A stretch of 64,000 bases of DNA, taken from NCBI GenBank assembly GCA_963823035.1, contig CAWGKG010000014.1:288001-352000 (forward strand), given 5' to 3'. The DNA comes from an uncultured Gemmatimonadales bacterium (GTDB taxonomy: Bacteria; Gemmatimonadota; Gemmatimonadetes; Longimicrobiales; Gaopeijiaceae). The translations under genes were made by a program, and so were the position numbers. The notes below the pieces were generated by a model, which saw nothing but the letters and a program-made list of their open reading frames with translations, ran no database searches and was not told the DNA's origin. Positions 62,001 through 64,000 of the stretch are shown one piece after another (within the stretch, counting starts at the first letter, position 1; every line of letters begins with the position of its first letter).

Positions 62001-62551
62001 TCGTGGGATCACCCAACGCGGGCACGAACCTGGCCGACGGCCGCTACATGGGCTCGTTCCTCGACACCTACACCAACATGGTGTGCCGTCTTCCGGGCAG
62101 CATGGTCGTGCAGGCGCTCCAGGTCGTGCTGGCGGTGGTGAAGCAGCTCGCCTTCTCGGGTGCCGAAGCGGCGCTGGTGGGGCTCAGGTCCATGGTCCCC
62201 GGCGGCGAGTTCAACGCGTGGCTCAACGACGGAAAGGACCACCCGACGGCGCGCTACCACGCCCTCGCGTCGAACTATCAGCCCTCGGATCCGGGGCTGG
62301 TCCGGCTGGCCGGCGCGACGATCATGACCAAGATCTTCGACAGTCCCCACGATCTCGTGGTCCCGGTCCCCAGCGTGGTCGACGCCAACGGCGCGACCCT
62401 GTTCCCCATTCAGGACCGCGTGGTGTTCCAGGGTCCCGACGCCATGTCGCACGTGTCGTACTTCGGGAACCAGGACGTACAGAAGCACCTCTCCAACTGG
62501 CTGGAGGGACAGAGCCGCCCCGCCGAGAGGAGCCGGTCGGCCGCGACCTAG
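59061..62551 (+). CDS. Peptidase C14 (metacaspase/orthocaspase) - DUF4384-like - alpha/beta hydrolase fusion (frameshift in C-run ~59590)
   Basis: ALLIGID.Y..L.GCVND, YAGHG (His), GDEPDGLDET, IDACHSG (Cys), AGC...E, HGALT, QHPQMEG; GD.IAF.V..ETLKLFAT; LLFVHGT, CHSRGG, GSPN.GT, DLVVP, HVSYF. Confidence 0.88.
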
Positions 62552-63117
62552 AAGTACAGGAGGAGGAAGAGCGCCGGTACCGCGATGCCGGCGGCCGTGA
62601 GCCATGCTCCTCGGCCCGTGATGCCGTTCCGGCCCCGCAGCACGAAGAGGCCGGTCACGGCGAGGAGGGCCAGCGCGATCGCGTACACGTCCGCCATCCA
62701 CGTCCACAGCTTCTTGGCGTGGTTGAGGTGCAGGAAGTTCGCCTGCCGCAGGCCGGTGCGGTCGCGCACGGCCTCGAGCGTCGCGGTCTTCCCGGCCAGG
62801 TCCACGGACACGGTCGTCCCCTCCCCCACGAAGATCTCGAGCGTGTTCGGGTCCGGCCGGAAGCTCCCACGCGTCTCGCCCTCGACGCCGAGCTCGCCGA
62901 GGACGGCCGCCACGAAGCCGGGCTCACGGGAGCTCGCGGAGGCCAGGTCGCCGTCCAGGGCGACCGTACGCTCGGCGGTGACGTAGTTGGGATTCCAGTC
63001 CGCCGTGTGATTCACGGCCACGCCGGAGACCGCGTACACCACGGTGAGCCCGGCGCACAGGTAGCCGAGGTCCCGATGGATGGCGGCGTTCCAGCGGCGC
63101 CACCGCTTTCCCGCCAC
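62548..63117 (-). CDS. PepSY-associated TM helix protein
   Basis: WRRWN..IHRDLGY..VYAVSGVAVNH, NFLHLN..WTW..D..A, TGLF. Confidence 0.88.
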   Translation of the reverse strand: MAGKRWRRWNAAIHRDLGYLCAGLTVVYAVSGVAVNHTADWNPNYVTAERTVALDGDLASASSREPGFVAAVLGELGVEGETRGSFRPDPNTLEIFVGEGTTVSVDLAGKTATLEAVRDRTGLRQANFLHLNHAKKLWTWMADVYAIALALLAVTGLFVLRGRNGITGRGAWLTAAGIAVPALFLLLYF

Positions 63118-63122
63118 GCTTG

Positions 63123-63650
63123 TCAGCTCGCGACGATCGCGCCGACGCCGCGGATCCTGAAGATCGTCTGCGGACCGGTCACCGATGCGGGATCGAACGC
63201 CTCGCCGTGCTCCTCGGCCTTGCTCTCGGCCTCGGCCAGCGCCTCCTCGGCCGTGAGGTCCAGGCGCTCGACCACGCCCTCCACGAGCGCGTCCTTCCCC
63301 TTCGCGCTCAGCGGGAAGACGATCACGCCGTCGTCCACCTTGATCTGGATCTTCTCGAACTCGCGATCGCTCGCGATATCCATCCAGCAGCCGCGCTTCT
63401 CGCACACGGCCACCACCATGCCGCGCACCAGCACCCGCTTGCCCACCCACGCCTCGGGGGCGTCGAGGATGTCCGAGACCTGCGTGATCTCGGTGAGCGT
63501 GATCGGCTCGCCGTAGCGCTCACCCTCCATGGACGCGAGGGCGACGCCGTCCTCCGCCGCGGAGCCGGCGCGAGCCGGCGATGCCTGCTCGGGAGAAGCC
63601 TGACAACCGGCGAGAAGGACGATCGAGGCAGCGAACGCAACGAGTCTCAT
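63123..63650 (-). CDS. DUF4920-like OB-fold lipoprotein
   Basis: Lipobox LAGC; YGEPIT, G.V.AVCEKRGCWM, IKVDDGVIVFP. Confidence 0.8.
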   Translation of the reverse strand: MRLVAFAASIVLLAGCQASPEQASPARAGSAAEDGVALASMEGERYGEPITLTEITQVSDILDAPEAWVGKRVLVRGMVVAVCEKRGCWMDIASDREFEKIQIKVDDGVIVFPLSAKGKDALVEGVVERLDLTAEEALAEAESKAEEHGEAFDPASVTGPQTIFRIRGVGAIVAS

Positions 63651-63752
63651 GGAACACGCTCCGCAGGGGTGGACGGACTTCCGAGCACAAGCTAGCCGCC
63701 ACCGAAGGCCCGCCCCGTCGGGTGATCACCCCCGCCCGTGCCCGGAAATCCC

Positions 63753-64000
63753 CTACGCGCCCGAGGCGCCGGCCCCGGCCGGAAGCGGAAGGAGCGCCCG
63801 CGCCCGACGCGCGATCTCGCGGCCGATGGACAGCGAGGCGGTCGCTGCCGGGCTGGGCGCGTTCACCGCGTGGACGGCGCCCTCCTCCTCGATCCAGAGG
63901 AAGTCGTGGACGAACTCGCCGCTGGGGAGCATCGCCTGGGCGCGCACTCCGGAGCCGCCGGGCACCAGGTCGCCGTCCTCGATCTCGGGAATCAGACGCC
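63753..64000 (-). CDS. lhgO: L-2-hydroxyglutarate oxidase, C-terminal part (runs off window)
   Basis: GVRAQA...G..V.DF......HAVNAPSPAATASLSIG. Confidence 0.85.
   Translation of the reverse strand, partial: RLIPEIEDGDLVPGGSGVRAQAMLPSGEFVHDFLWIEEEGAVHAVNAPSPAATASLSIGREIARRARALLPLPAGAGASGA

Noticed and set aside
62548..63450. 300-aa ORF extending the PepSY-TM gene upstream
   Set aside because: The upstream part overlaps the DUF4920 gene in another frame; family similarity starts at GTG 63117.

Overview
Very GC-rich bacterial chromosomal window. Gene content suggests Gemmatimonadota or a similar lineage (inference): ADOP-type orphan permeases, BlaI/M56 pair, sortilin-like secreted hydrolase, 'DRY..E.RLG.GGMA.V' kinase and PEP-CTERM. 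More than 20 single-base frameshifts interrupt otherwise normal genes and look like long-read assembly errors, so several coordinates are reconstructed across frames. Bases 1-44.9 kb hold housekeeping and envelope genes: moeB, blaI/M56, DUF2723 glycosyltransferase, many secreted peptidases/hydrolases, ilvE, two orphan permeases, an NtrC-type regulator, tRNA-Lys, a Pat/Acs pair and rnhB-rplS/trmD-rimM-rpsP. Three things stand out. (1) 45.2-55.7 kb: a CHAT-iSTAND / MoxR / vWA ternary conflict system whose 2460-aa vWA component is a 7-TM protein. It carries a periplasmic PEGA-CsgG-WD40 insert and ends in a T6SS TssM (IcmF)-like module, followed by an in-frame leftover of a displaced C-terminus. 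(2) 55.9-62.6 kb, same strand: a membrane Ser/Thr kinase, a 77-aa peptide made of five 13-aa GREGA repeats followed by a strong hairpin, and a metacaspase-DUF4384-alpha/beta-hydrolase fusion. (3) 31.1-31.5 kb: a complete sigma-54 promoter (enhancer boxes, IHF-like site, -24/-12) driving a structured, terminated ~200-nt transcript just upstream of the NtrC-type gene, a candidate unannotated sRNA. All domain calls come from motif recognition by eye, not from database searches.
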